Shown here piece by piece: positions 1-15,484 of a stretch of 64,000 nt of DNA. A program made the position numbers and the translations under genes. Source of the stretch: the human T2T-CHM13v2.0 reference genome, Homo sapiens; NCBI RefSeq assembly GCF_009914755.1, contig NC_060926.1; one strand, 5' to 3'. Numbering within the stretch: the first letter of the stretch is position 1; each line of letters starts with the position of its first letter. The notes under the pieces are model-generated. The model was not told where the DNA came from. It did no database searches and worked only from the letters and a program-made list of their open reading frames with translations.

Positions 1-104
1 TGGCTCAGGTGTACATCACTGTGGTAAAAAAAAGGAGGAAAGAAAAGCAAGAAAACAGAAAAGGAAGAACGTGAAGCTAATGTTGGGTGTCAGAAAAGTC
101 CTAA

Positions 105-880
<776 letters not shown>

Positions 881-1504
881 CATATCCTTTAAGGTAGAAG
901 TAGATAGGTGATCATCATTCAAATTTTATATTTTATTACTTAATTGCATGGTGTTTTCCATTTGCCTATGATTTTATTTTTTAGCTAAGATATGTTCTAT
1001 ACCTTTTCCCCTTTGCCTTATGAAACTGCCAAGAACTAATTTCATTTTTGATGTCCTGAAGGGATATTATTAGAAAAGGGATGGAGCTGATTGATAAAGC
1101 AAAAATACAAATTTATAATTGGTGAATTGCAGATCGATCTATATGATGGGAATACGTTCTAATAAGATTTTTTTCTCTCATTTCCTCCTTGCAGATGGAT
1201 CCCTGAAAGCCTATTATCTTTAATATAAAATTCTTATTTATTATCTTTTAAAGGTTTGGAAGGATGAGAGCTTTAAGGGGAAATTGAGTAGAGAATGAGA
1301 TTAGGAAAGGATTTCATGCAGAGAAAGAAAGATATATAATGCAAACTATGCTATGGTCTTTGCATATGCAAACAAAGCATCTGACCTACTTTCAGGAGGC
1401 CACACTCTTTTGAGCTTTTCCAGTAATTCATTCTCTCTTCCCACCAACTCTACCCTGTTAGAATGCAAATAGTTAGGACTGTAATGTGGGGCATGGTATA
1501 GAAT

Positions 1505-1729
1505 AGATGTTGACAAACTACTAAGGCCTGTGGGCCAAATCTAGCTCACAGTCTGTTTTTGTAAATAAAGTTTCATTAGCACATACCTATGCTTAATTCA
1601 AGTGCTTATTTTCTACAGCTTCTTACATGCCACAAAGGCGGATTTGAGTAGTTGCAATAGAGACAATGAACCTGCAATGTTGAAGGTATTTGCTATGTAG
1701 ATCTTTATGAAAAACTTTGCTAATCCCTG
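1505..1729 (+). mobile_element. MER58A-like hAT DNA transposon
   Basis: ttgacaaacta...gcctgtgggccaaatc...gtttttgtaaataaagtt...tgagtagttgcaatagagac...tttgctaatccctg. Confidence 0.85.
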
Positions 1730-1853
1730 CTATACAATAAGTTGCTTGCTTTTAAGAGGATTACTATGATCTTTTTGCTTTTCAGGTGAAACATTTCTGG
1801 AGCACCTACTGTGTGCTAAGTACTGGCTAGATGCTTTATAGAATAAAAGCACA

Positions 1854-2150
1854 GGCCGGGCATAGTGGCTCATGCCTGTAATCCCAGCAATCTGGGAGGC
1901 CAAGGTGGGTGGATCACTTGAGGTCAGGAATTTGAGACCAGCCTGGCCAACATGGCAAAACCCCACCTCTACTAAAAATACAAAAATTAGCTGGGTGTGG
2001 TAGCACATGCCTGTAGTCCCAGCTACTTGGGAGGCTGAGACAGGAGAATCCCATGAACCCAGGAGACGGAGGTTGCAGACAGTTGAGATCATGACACTGC
2101 ACTCCAGCCTGGGCAACAGAGCAAGACTCCGTCTAAAAAAATAAAAAAAA
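1854..2150 (+). mobile_element. AluS (Sz/Sx-like)
   Basis: ggccgggcatagtggctca...gatcacttgaggtcagg...poly(A); flanked by TSD aaaagcaca. Confidence 0.96.
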
Positions 2151-2517
2151 TTAAAAGCACAGATATGAAATGCAATTAAATTTTTCATGTAGTAGGATAA
2201 GAATGACACCTGCAAATTTAGGTTAGACAAGGGAATAACATGGATGCTTAGAAGATACAGACAAGGGTTGTTCCAGATGACAAAGAAACTGCTTTCGACT
2301 AAGATAGAGAACACAACAGCAGGGGTTAGGATTTTACTTTCTTTTCAAACCAGGAAAGACAAGAGAATGCCATCCTCCTGTGTGTATGGAGAAAACAAAA
2401 GCTGAACACAGTTATTTGTGCTTTAAGTTCAGCCTGTTGGACTTCATACACTTTCAAGGAAAGCAGGGCAAGAAAAAAAAAGATTAAGGTCAGGAAAAAG
2501 GCAGTTTTTGGATGATC

Positions 2518-2650
2518 ATCAATTCATTTACCCATTTACCCATCAATGTTTGAGTGCCCTTTCTTCCAGGCATGGTATGACATGCTGGGCATAGACAATA
2601 ATTGTAGCAGAGGAGGTTCCTGCCCCCAGAAAACTTTTATTCTGGTGGGT
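2518..2650 (-). mobile_element. L2 3'-end fragment
   Basis: aattcatttacccattt...tttgagtgcc...ccaggcatgg...cctgccccc...attctggtggg. Confidence 0.55.
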
Positions 2651-2794
2651 GGCACAGGGTGAATAGATATAATACATACTTCCAGCTCAGCAGACTAACA
2701 AGGATTTTTATCTCAGAAGAAGATTTAGGAGGATCTTTAAATAAAAGTGCAAGGAGAATGTGTTGAAGATTCAGGGGAGTGGAGAGTTTGAGAA

Positions 2795-3015
2795 AATGGG
2801 TTCAGGATCCAGCTGCCTGGGTTACAATGGGTGGCCCTTTAGGGTGTACAGCTCCCCTTTTTGGGAAGTTACTGAGTACCTCTGTGTTTCAGGTTCCTCA
2901 TCTTTAAACTGGGATGATAATAGAATGTACTCATAAGACTGTTGTAAGCATTAAATGAGGCCATGTCTGCAAAATGCTTAAAGTAGTCAGTGCTTGGCAC
3001 ATAGTAGGAGCTATG
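2795..3015 (+). mobile_element. MIR
   Basis: MIR core aagttact...ctctgtgtttcaggttcctcatctttaaactggg...gttgtaagcattaaatgag...gtgcttggcacatagtagg. Confidence 0.8.
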
Positions 3016-3428
3016 ATGTTTACTAATAGAAGAACCAACCTGACCCTTTGTTTTTACTCTGAGACTGTCCACGTTTTAATTATTTTTTTTTTGTGATAGT
3101 TCCAATAGGATAAGTGAACAAGTCTAAGAAGAGAGAACTGTTTTGTTCTTTTTTATATTTTAAATGAAAGTACTTGAGGGTCATAAAATGAAGCTAGCAA
3201 GAAGTTATAATTTAATTAGCATGCCATTGTTTATCTACTTCATCTGGAATAATTAACTTCATGTATACAAGACTGCTGCTTCCAAAGATCTCAAAATATT
3301 TTCTTTGAAAAATGCAATTTTCCACTGAAATATGTAGAATAGAAAGTCAAATTATAATAATTATCATCATCAAATATTTATCAAATGGTTATGATATACC
3401 AGTCACAGAAAGTGGTCTTACACATTCT

Positions 3429-3745
<317 letters not shown>

Positions 3746-4347
3746 TCATTAACTCTTTTCCTTAATTTTGGAAATCCATAAAGCTGATATTTTATCCCCA
3801 TTTTTCAAATGAGAAAGCTCAGATGGGCAAATAGCTCAGATTCTATTCCTAAATCACACTAGACATGAGGTAGGACTCCTTCCCAGGGCTACCTGACTCC
3901 AAAGTGTGTGGTCCTTCCTCTTTCTTATGTGATATGGTCTCAAGGACACATTGAAAGTTGACATTTAGAACACCTACTTCATCTTCTTTCAAAAAGAAAG
4001 CATTAGTAGGCAAAATTGTAAAATGTATCCATCATTTTATCAATCATAAAAGCATTACATATTTATTACAGAAATTTTGAAAAGTTTAGAATACTATGAA
4101 ATAGATATACATCAGCCATTACCCTAGCCACTAGAAATATCCATTTTAATTATTTTATATATTTTCAAAATTTCTTTTTATACAAACACATACACTTCTA
4201 AATGGTTTCCTACTACATTATATGGTAAGTCAGACTTCAAATTTAACATGCCATTTAGAGTTGTATAATATTATTTCAAAGTCTACATAGAATATTTGTA
4301 TGGCTGTAGTACAATAACACTTAAGCAGATACCTTGAGTGCTTCTAA

Positions 4348-4678
<331 letters not shown>

Positions 4679-5099
4679 TAATTTTGTAATAAAATTCTGA
4701 CGCAGTCTTTCAGTCTTTTATTATTTCCTTAAAATAAAATGACTGGGTTAAAGGGTAAAATTATTTTAGAATTGCTGATATGTATAGACAGACTGTTCTC
4801 CAGAAAGAATACAACTAAGTCAATGTCAACTTAGCTAAAGCCCTATCGGAAAATAAAAACATCGATATACTTTCCTCACTTAACCATTAGGCACCTTACT
4901 AATTTTCAGGTTATATTTGGCACTGAACTGAACAATACAAAAATACTTTGAGCAGTATGTCACTCACCTTCTAACTTTCAATGATATATGATCCAAGATA
5001 AAATCATTCAATCTATGATTCCCACACTCAAGAAATGTTTGCTTGCCCATCATTTTCAAAAAGAAAAATAATAAGGATGGGTGCTAAAAGTACAAATTT

Positions 5100-5417
<318 letters not shown>

Positions 5418-5456
5418 GTAAAAATTTTAGACTTTGCATGTGTTCCTGAGTGGATT

Positions 5457-5501
<45 letters not shown>

Positions 5502-5535
5502 GCGTGCGTGCGCTCATGAGTGTGTCTGTGTGTGT
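5457..5535. repeat. (TG)n microsatellite with (CG)-containing tail
   Basis: Direct reading: long tgtgtg run followed by gcgcgtgcgtgcgc. Confidence 0.95.
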
Positions 5536-8052
5536 TGGGGAAGGTTGAGGTGTAGTGATGTGGAGTATTCTCGGGAGTTTCCTAAAGTCATGAAATCTAT
5601 GAACATGACAAGCATGCTGGGTATAAAGGCATCTCCAGCAACATAGTGGCAGCCAAAGTTTTTTATAGGAAAAATAATCTGCTTCCCAAAAAGTAGAAAT
5701 TAATTTCAAAGCAACATTTTATAATTCTACACTTTATTAAATTAATACTTATACCTTGGAAATAGATAATCAAGTTCTGAACCATGTAGCACTGAAACAC
5801 TAGTGAGAGCTGATGATGACAGAGGAGGGCCTTTGCCTTCTGTGACAACAAAAGCAGGAACAAAGAGAAGCAGACAAAAGAGTGAGTGATTCAGTCACAC
5901 TGATGGCTCTAAACGGAGAAAAGCCTAAACAACACTCTTAGGAAGGAAATGAGGATGAGCTTTCTTGGCCCAAAAACCTGGTCTGGCTCCTTGAAAGTTC
6001 TTGAACCAAGTTCTAGTTTCTGAAAAGCTCATGGCATATTTAGGGTTTGGTTATTTTTCTGAGACTATTTGTAAGGTTCTCTCTGGGTTTCTTTGAGACC
6101 TAGATTATGTTAAATCTCCATTACTTGACACAATCCGAGTAAGTCTATGATTGTTTTTTTTGTTATAAAAATAAACTAATACAGCAAAATGATTTCTGAG
6201 GGTTCTGAAGTATCAGACTTTTCCACATCATGTGATATTAGATCATTAGGAAGACTGGACAAATAAACAAAGAAAGAAACAAAAGAACAGCCACTGAGAA
6301 TGAAAAAGAGAAAAACATTGATCCTGTTTCATAATGGGGTTGCTGTCTCCCTAGAAAGACAAAAGTCGCTTGAAAGAATCCTTTTCAAGTTAAAATCATG
6401 AGTGTATTAATATTATGTCACATTTCCTAGTCTCTACCTATCTGAGCTCCTGAGAACCATATAGAGATTTGACAGCAGAAACAAAAAATTACAGGACCAT
6501 AAATCTTTCTGTTATCTGTGAGCAGGAAACAGGCTCTATGAAAGGATGACAAGAGGCCCTGATCCCACTTGAAATTAAGACAGTAATTAAGCACCAAAAT
6601 AAAGGTAACAATTGAGAAGAAAATGTCCTCTAGTGGAAAATTCTCATTAATTCAATTTGTATTGATATAAATAATGTTCCTCAACTTTCTTTTGAATGAT
6701 ATATAGTCTTTTAATGGCCAGGTTGTCAGTGGAAGGAAAACTAATACTTTATTCGTTGAAGAGGTTCAAATAAGCAAGGATCATCCTCCATGGTTGAAAA
6801 TGAAAAAAAATCAATATTGATGTGTTTAAGACACTCTTTTCCACAGTTGTTGAAATAACTTTGAATGTCTCATAAAAGACAAATATTTTATTCTAGGAAA
6901 AAATTCTAAGACCTTTTACTACAAATAATCTGAAAAATATTAAGCCTAGGTACCACTATCTGCCTACTGAACCTCCCTGAAATAAAAAAAAAGTACATGT
7001 TGAAAATGAAAATTTATTATTAGAATAAAGCTACTGTTAATCAGAATGCAGCTAATCAGAATTTTTAGTTAATTTAAGAAATTAGTTTGTTCCAGTACAA
7101 AAAAGCTGGGTACACAGTCACACAGAGACACACACATCCAGACATCACCTCCCACACACAAAAAGATATGGCTGGTATATTGATTAATGGATGACTATTA
7201 ATATATAACTAAATATTTATATGTATCACTAAATAATATACAAAATGAATCAAAGTACTTTGTCTTATGATATGATCAAGGACATAATAAATATGAGCGA
7301 GTGAGCAAAATTAAAAAACAACTCAAGATGCTACCAGATTACCAAATAAGTGGTGTCAATACCTGGTTTTTATACTGGACTTGAAACACATCAAAAATAG
7401 TGTGCTAATATTAGCAAAATTTCTAAAGGAAATGATTGTCTTTTTTTTAAAAAAAAAACAAACGCACTTAAGACTTTTAGAAAATCAGTCAATCAGCTGG
7501 CCTCCCAAATATTTAGGAAAATAAATTTAAAGTGAAGACATGAATGCTAGGAAATATAAGAAAGAAAATTTAAAAGGAAAAAATAAGAAATTTTAAAAAA
7601 TGAAATAAATTAGTATTACAGCTAGCCTGCTTAAAATTGCATACCGAAATGTTTGATATAAAGACTAAGTTTTTGGTCATGTATGACTTGGTGAAAGTTT
7701 AATGCCTTTAATATAAACAGCAAACACTATTCCATGTGAAGACGTGAACTAAAACACATCCTGTGTCAACCACATATTGGGTTGTCTCTTTCTTAGTCTT
7801 CCACATCTAAACCCGAAAACAATAATGTAATACCCTATAGCATCTTTTTTTATCCAATAGAACTTTATCCATATACCAAACTGTACACAGGAAACTGGGC
7901 TTCGTAAAATACTTTATGTAGGACAAGAAGGAAAGTAGACCACAACTCAGTTATATAGCAGTTTCACCTAATTGGGCAGTCCTTCTTTGGGTGTTCTAAG
8001 CAACATCTTGCTGTATACAAACAAAACTACAATCTTGATTATGTTCTTAACT

Positions 8053-8216
8053 GGTTGATCTTCCTTGTTCAAAAGATAAAGTAGATAATTTGTAAGATCT
8101 CTAAAAACCATAGTATTTTAGAAGTGTAAGGTTGATCTTCCCTGTTCAAAAGAGAATGGGTTAAAGTGGATAGTTTATAAAGTCTCTAAAAATCATAGTA
8201 TTTTAGAAGTGTAAGG
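8053..8216. repeat. Two-copy tandem duplication, 77 bp and 85 bp units
   Basis: ggttgatcttcc.tgttcaaaaga...catagtattttagaagtgtaa repeated head-to-tail with an 8-nt indel and ~7 substitutions. Confidence 0.92.
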
Positions 8217-9611
8217 ATCCACTATTTGAGGAAGGGTAACCAGTTATTAGCATCATTAACTCCATTTTATACTTGACCCAATATATTGAAGACAGTTGCC
8301 TACAATGGCACAACTATCACATTTCTTCAAATATAAGACGTACACAGCTTTAAAACAAAGAAACAAAACTGCCACTTGAGGAGTGGAGAAGACTCGTTAC
8401 AGAGCCAGTGCTGCCTGTGCCTTTGGAAGTAAGCCTTGCACAGAGGGTTCATTCAATCATCAACGCAGTTAATTTTCCTGGCAGAACCACAGTTATATCT
8501 TAACTTAAAATTGTAATGGAAATGTACATTCCCGTTAAGATTTCTTCAAAAACTTCCATTAGGAGACGACTTTGCAATAAAAGGTGACTGCATATGGAGA
8601 AGACAGCATGCCACATGCCAGGGAAAACAAAGGCCATAGAAAGTGTCAGATCCTTCAGAGTAGGTCTGCGAATTCTCAGAGACTGTTTTGTGATTGATCT
8701 ATGTGTCACAAAAGACTCTCACTTAGACACAGAGCATCTACTTGTCAAAAGCATTTTGCTGCTATACCAGAAAAGCTATTTAACTTAATTTTTAGAAATA
8801 TATCATTAAATCAAAGAAAGACAAATGAAAGTAAAAATTTTACCAACTAGGAAATGAAGAGGAAACCCTGAAATTGTTCAATACAACATTACTTTTAAAG
8901 CAGTTGAAAAGGTAAAGATTTATAATTTAGGAGACTCAAAAACAGATTGGCTCCGTAAACCTTTAAAAATAATGTATAAGGTTTGCTAGATTATATTCTT
9001 GGAGAATTTTTAGATACTTGATGTTGCTACAGAAAATAAAAATAGTAGCCATGTAATGAATGCCATAATCAGCTAAAGAAACACCCAGTACCTCCCCACC
9101 AGTACCTCCCTTCTACTGATGCTATTATTAAATTGATGGTGAGTTTTACATAAAATAGTAATTTAGGATTAGAGAAAACAGTACTTGATGATAAAGCTGG
9201 AACTAGAAATTCAGGGCTTCAAATTTCACATCCAGTGAACTGCTAAAGACTTTTATAACTACTCTGTATTTACAAAGAATCTTATATACATATCTCACAC
9301 TTCTGATGAGACATATTGTAAGAAACTATTGCTATTTTTTAACAAACTTTTGATATTTGCTTAGTTGTATTTATTACTATTCTGATACATAGAACTAGAA
9401 TTGGAGAAATTATCTCTTTCTATGTTTCTGGAAAGGCTTGTACCATCTCAGAATAGTTTGTTATCTAAAATAATAACAAAAAAAAAACAGGGACTCCATA
9501 GTTCAACATAAAAATGAAAGTTAGTGGTTTTCAAATATTACATCTCTCTATAATAGCTATCATTACCTTTTGATTTCCCTTTGTCATTTGTGTAATATAT
9601 ATCTCCAGTCC

Positions 9612-9892
<281 letters not shown>

Positions 9893-11017
9893 ATATAGAT
9901 TGTTTCCATCATCACAGATAGTTAGTTCTATGGTACTCTTTTATGACATAAGAACCAATGTTTTTGGTCACAGGTAACTTGGTAAGAGAAGTTTGACACC
10001 TTTAGTAGCAGTAAACAGTGCCACAGTTTCGTTAAACAAATCTGTTCAAGGATTCTTGGATGCTATTTAAAATGAATGTTAAGGAAAATGACCAGCCTCA
10101 GGTTGTAATCAGTAGATGTAGATACATGTATGCTAAATTTGTAAGGTGAGCTAGTCATAGAATTGTATAGCTGTAAAGACCCTAGGAGGTACCATAATTC
10201 AACTCGTCTTATTTTATGGTTGTGGAAACTGAGGTGCAGAGAGGCTAAGTGTTCTTTGTAATGTCACAGGGGATTTTGTGACAATAATCATCAGCATTGG
10301 TAGTGACACACATTCTCAAATGTTGAAATAAAGAAAACAAAATTAATTCTTGCACTGAAACCATGCAGTGTTCCCATCTGAGCAGATCAAGCCTGGCTTA
10401 TATGCCTCAAAGAGACCAAATTCAAAGTTCTAGTCTGAGATTGGTTGATGTATTATTTTCATTTGGTTGTTCTTACTATTCCCATGTTTGCCTGATTCAA
10501 CTAGGAATATCCTGTAAATGTGCCATAAAATACTTGACTTAGCTTTAGCAAAACATTTGACTTTTGTGAGGTTTCAATTTAGCTACACCTGTGGCTGGTT
10601 GAGGGCTGAGCATCTACAGAGTACAAGATTGTTAAATCTAGTAAGTTCCAGCCTAGGCATTCCTTCTTCATTTTTCCTCATTTGGCTTGCTACTGAGGTG
10701 TCAGGAAATTGTACACTCAAGTCTCACCTTGACATTTAGTAGCATTGTCACCTGGCACAAGATGCGACATATCCATTGCAACCTGCCCACCCACCCCCAT
10801 TTCTGTGGTAAGTTGCTCTGCCCTTGCTTCTGCAGGAGTAGTGTTCATGTCCGCTGCTTCTCCACCTTCTCTAACCAGGACGAAAGTGGTTTGCATGCAG
10901 GTAGATGCTTGATCCACAGACAGCTGATCCATAAGTGGGCCTTTAACATAGGGCATACATGGCCTGGTTCACAAGAATGAGCCAGGTAAACAGTATTTTG
11001 AAATTTGCAACTAAGAT

Positions 11018-11582
11018 GTTGTAGGGACCAATTTCCCCTTTGTCTTTTGAAGGGTCACTGAAAATCAAATGACAAAAGGCATATTAATAGGAGAAAAGAC
11101 ATATAAGTTTGATAATGTGAATGGGAAGAAAAATCACAGAGTGATTATCCCACCACACAATGGGGTATAAATGGCTATATATTCTTCTTCTTAGGGAAAG
11201 GAGATGAAGAAGTGAAGATCATTTAAAGGGGTTAGCAAATGATTTTTAGGAGCATTCAATAGCAATGGACTTGAAGAACATACAGTGGCCTGGGATAAAA
11301 TCTATTGGGCCTGCAGAGCAGACAACTGTTTGTGACAAAAGTCTGTCAGGTGTGTTGACAGACTTCAGTCTTTCTTCCTGCGATTTGAGTTTGGTTAATG
11401 AAAACTCAGAGGAGGAACCCAGAGTAATTGTGGGGTTTTTTGTTGTTTGTTTTGTTTTGTTTTGTTTTTGGTAGGTTCAGACTTTACACAGATAAGGGAA
11501 CTTCGGAGAACAGCTTCATTCAGTGCTTTAGGAGAGACAGAGGATTGAGAGACAGGAGGTGGGGAAGATCAGAGAGAACTTG
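11018..11582 (-). mobile_element. ERV1-class (MER4-group) LTR
   Basis: aaatgacaaaaggcatattaataggagaaaag...tttgtgacaaaagtctgtc...gttaatgaaaactcag...gataagggaacttc resembles antisense MER4-group LTRs; subfamily not resolved. Confidence 0.65.
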
Positions 11583-12089
11583 CGAAAATTCTGAAAATTT
11601 TGAATGAGGCCCAGTTCCAGTTTGTCAGAAGTTTGGCTTTCTGACGACTTTCTATTGAGCTTGCATGAGCACTAGGTCTCTTTAATATATTTTTGTCTTT
11701 TTAGTTAAATAACTTATTTTCTGTAATTTGCAAATTAAACATACATACTGAAACAAGAGCTAGTAGTGACAGTCTTAATAGTTTACTGCCACGGTTGAAG
11801 GATAAAATAAAGATATCATCCCCCAGAAATCTGTCAATTCTTCTTAAGGTCTTCAGTTATATTTGGAAAGAATGAAGCTAAATAAAACACATTTTCCTAA
11901 AATTATTGGAAACAAAAAAATAGAGTTAAGATAAATATTTGAGTTTTCTGAAATGCTCAATTTGTCTTCTACAATTTCCACCACACATTTAAAAAAATGC
12001 TCAGAGAACATGAGCCTGTGGAAAGAACAATTGTCTAAGTACCAGGAAACCTGGGTGTTAGATCCACTTCTGTAGTAGAAATGACTAGT

Positions 12090-12473
12090 GCTCACCCATA
12101 TCTGGTTCTCCTCTACTTTCTGGACACATGAAATATACATTTCTTGGACCCTTAATAAGGACCCTATTACACTTCTGGCTGGTAGACTGTGAGCAGAACT
12201 TATACATGTCATTTTTGAGCTGCAGCTATAACTGGCCTGGCAACCCATTCACATTCTCCACCTATCACAGTGATTCTGAAAGGTACAGGTAGAGATGATG
12301 AAGCTGCAAGATGGAGAATGCAAAGCTGTATAAAGTCATGTCTTGGAAAAGAGCTGCCCTAGAAAACTACCCAAATTGCAGCAGACTTTGCATTAACAAG
12401 AAACACTTTTGAGGGCTAAGCCCCTGTGTATTACAGTTTATACGTTACACAGCATAACCTATCCCACCCTGAC
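12090..12473 (+). mobile_element. MLT1J-like MaLR LTR
   Basis: tacatttcttgg...tgtgagcagaa...3' end gctaagcccctg...gttacacagcataacctatcccaccctgac. Confidence 0.7.
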
Positions 12474-13204
12474 GAGGTAGACTTCCAGTGCCTAGATAAA
12501 GAAGTCACTGCTTTTCCCTATGCTCTGACTTCTTCAAGCATCTAAATGAAGAAATTGGACTTCATTGCCTCCAGTGACTCTTTTAGGGTGTGCATTCATT
12601 CTATCATTCTTCTCTGATGCCTGCCCTACTTACTTTGCAGATTTGCTGAGAGGGTGCTTTGAAACACCCATTGCATGGGCCTTCCCATTGCATCCTTATA
12701 AACAAAAGATTTTGTCAAAGTTGACCGCTTCCAAAAGAGATCTTGCTATTTCTGAATTAAGCATTTGGAGTGACGTCAATTTTAATTTTTAATTTGGCTA
12801 TGTGCAAATCTTTATCCTTTTTGGTGGGAAAATTTGAATAGACTTTTCTCTTTGTTTTGCCAGTATTCAAAAGCACAATTTTGAGAGTGCAAAGAAGCAT
12901 AACTGACTTAGCAAGTCTGTTAGCTCTGCTCTCATTCTTCTTGACCTGCTTCTCTTCATCACCCAATTGTGAATCTTACCTCTTGGTCCTTAGCTACTAT
13001 CCTGATTCTACAGATCAGCCCTGCCCAAAAGTGCCTGCTGATAGTCACTGCCATGACTTGTAGGCATGCTTCTGTAATAATGTACACATATGGTCTTGAC
13101 AGGAAAGAATCTGCTAGATCCTTCACACTCAGTATCACATGATTCCAGATACAGACTAAAGATCAAAATATTACCTTGGAAATCACAGGTTAGAAAATAA
13201 TAGC

Positions 13205-13445
13205 TGGTTGGTGAGAATATTTAATGGTTTGCATCCAGACAACTTGAGACTCTAGTTCTGAATCTGCCACTTCCTATCTGGGCGACTTTTGGCAAGTTAC
13301 TTAATTCTGTAAACTTCAGCTCTCTTCTTTGTAGTATGAGTTAACAGCAAGTACATTATAGTGTAGTTGAGAAAATAAAATAAGACAGCTTATGTAAAGG
13401 ACCCAGAATAATGCTTAGCTCCATAACTAGCTACAAATGCCAGTT
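13205..13445 (+). mobile_element. MIR
   Basis: tctgccacttcctatctgggcgactttggcaagttacttaa...tatgtaaaggacccagaataatgcttagc. Confidence 0.75.
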
Positions 13446-13885
13446 TTTTCATTTATCTTATATGAGGGAGGTAAGGGAAGATTATAGATGTTACTGACCA
13501 AAGGGAAAGGCCTGGATAGAGGGAATTATAGGAGTAAAGCTATCATAAAGACCCTGAATACGGAGAGGAGAAACCAAGAAGAAAATGTATAATTCTCTTC
13601 TAAATAAAAATGGTAATTCTTATAAATTATCTATTTATAATTTTGCCCTAGACTAGCACTACACTATTTTTGTCAAGAATGATGATTAAAATTTCTTCCA
13701 TTGGCCTCATGCTTTTTACAGATTTTTCCCAGTTGAGTTTCAGGTAGAGAAGATCTGAAGAATAGAGATGGAAAATATCATTCTTTTTTTAAAGAGGAGT
13801 TCTAGAGAATCTAAAGTTTTTTTTTGATTGTTCAATAGTTAGTATCCAAACCATTAGAAAAACTCAGATCTTAAAACAGCTAACC

Positions 13886-14234
<349 letters not shown>

Positions 14235-15484
14235 TTACTAGGTATGGTGGTGTGTTGGTCATCAAGTACACAGATTAACAAGACAATTCCTGCCCTCAAG
14301 GGGATGAAAACTGGGTAAGAAAAAAAAATTTTTTTCAGTCCAGCTTGTTAAATACCATATTGGAGAAAAGCAAAGTTGTCAGTGGAACTCAGACATGGGG
14401 CACTTAAGCTATCAAGGATGGAAGTGCTCCGTGCACATTCATGAGATGGAGGTGGGAAGTCAGACAAGTTCTGGCAGGGACATTCCCTAGCTCTGTCCAA
14501 CTAGTTTAGTATTAGCTGGCTTCTCACATTTGGGTGAGGTTTATGGTCATCGAACTTCCTAGCCTCCATTAGGAAAGGTATGAACAATCAGTCTGTGCTT
14601 CTAAGCTTGATTCCTTTGGATTTTAAGTGTTTTCTGTTTCATGAGAACTTTGTTAAAATGCAAATTCCTCATAAATGTTTAGCCTTATCAGTCAGCACCA
14701 TATTGGGAATGAATAAGCACTGTGGGATGTCTAAAGGAAGGGAGTTAAGAGACAGGCTCCAGCAAGGAGATGATGGTAATTGGAAAGATGTACAACAGTT
14801 CCAAAGACAAACTATATTAACTTCTCTTTGTGGACCAAGGTTAGGCAAGACTTCTGTCGACCAGTTCTTGGAATCTTTGGCTCACTTCAACCGTAACTTC
14901 TCTATAATAAAAAGTAAGAAAAGTAAAGAGTTCATTGGCTCAGAGCAAGTTAATCAGAAAGGATTAAAGCACATCAATCTATTTTCATGTTTGATAGTAG
15001 CCCTCATTGAGGCTTGTGGGACAATGATCAGGTCCTTATTGAGCCCAGCAGAGAAGGAGGACCCAATCTTGCTTTATTTCTCCCCCTACCCTCTTTAGTG
15101 CTATTTTTTTTCTAAAATTGCCCTTTCCTTTGTTCAGTTCTTCATCTTCTTTGACAAGGAATTCAAAAACTCTCAGAAATTTTAATAAATAATTTACAGT
15201 AAATATTTATGACTTAATATGTCATATCTAAATAAATAAATTGTTAATGACTAAATCAACATAACAATAATGTTAGTAATTGAATGTTGGAAGTCACAGA
15301 CTTCAGCCCATAGGTAAATCTCCCCTCTGCACACCCATATAAAAGGATAGGCCCAACAAAAGTAATGAAACTGGGCATTATAATGGGATCTTGGCCATGA
15401 GACACGAGGAAAAGAAAATATATTTTTTAAATGGGTTGATGGATGTTTCTATTTATACCAAGTCACTGATGTTGGAAAGCCAAA

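Noticed and set aside
1168-1200. Strong-looking splice acceptor ttttttctctcatttcctccttgcag
   Set aside because: No convincing downstream donor or reading frame; isolated acceptors are common by chance.
1730-2314. 194-aa ORF and the many similar [16 protein letters not shown] ORFs
   Set aside because: Antisense Alu translations.
6625-6636. Second CTCF-like core (ccactagaggac on the minus strand)
   Set aside because: Mismatch in the conserved GGC part and poor flanks; too weak to call without data.
14580-15098. 172-aa ORF
   Set aside because: No recognisable domain and no convincing splice context; compatible with chance.
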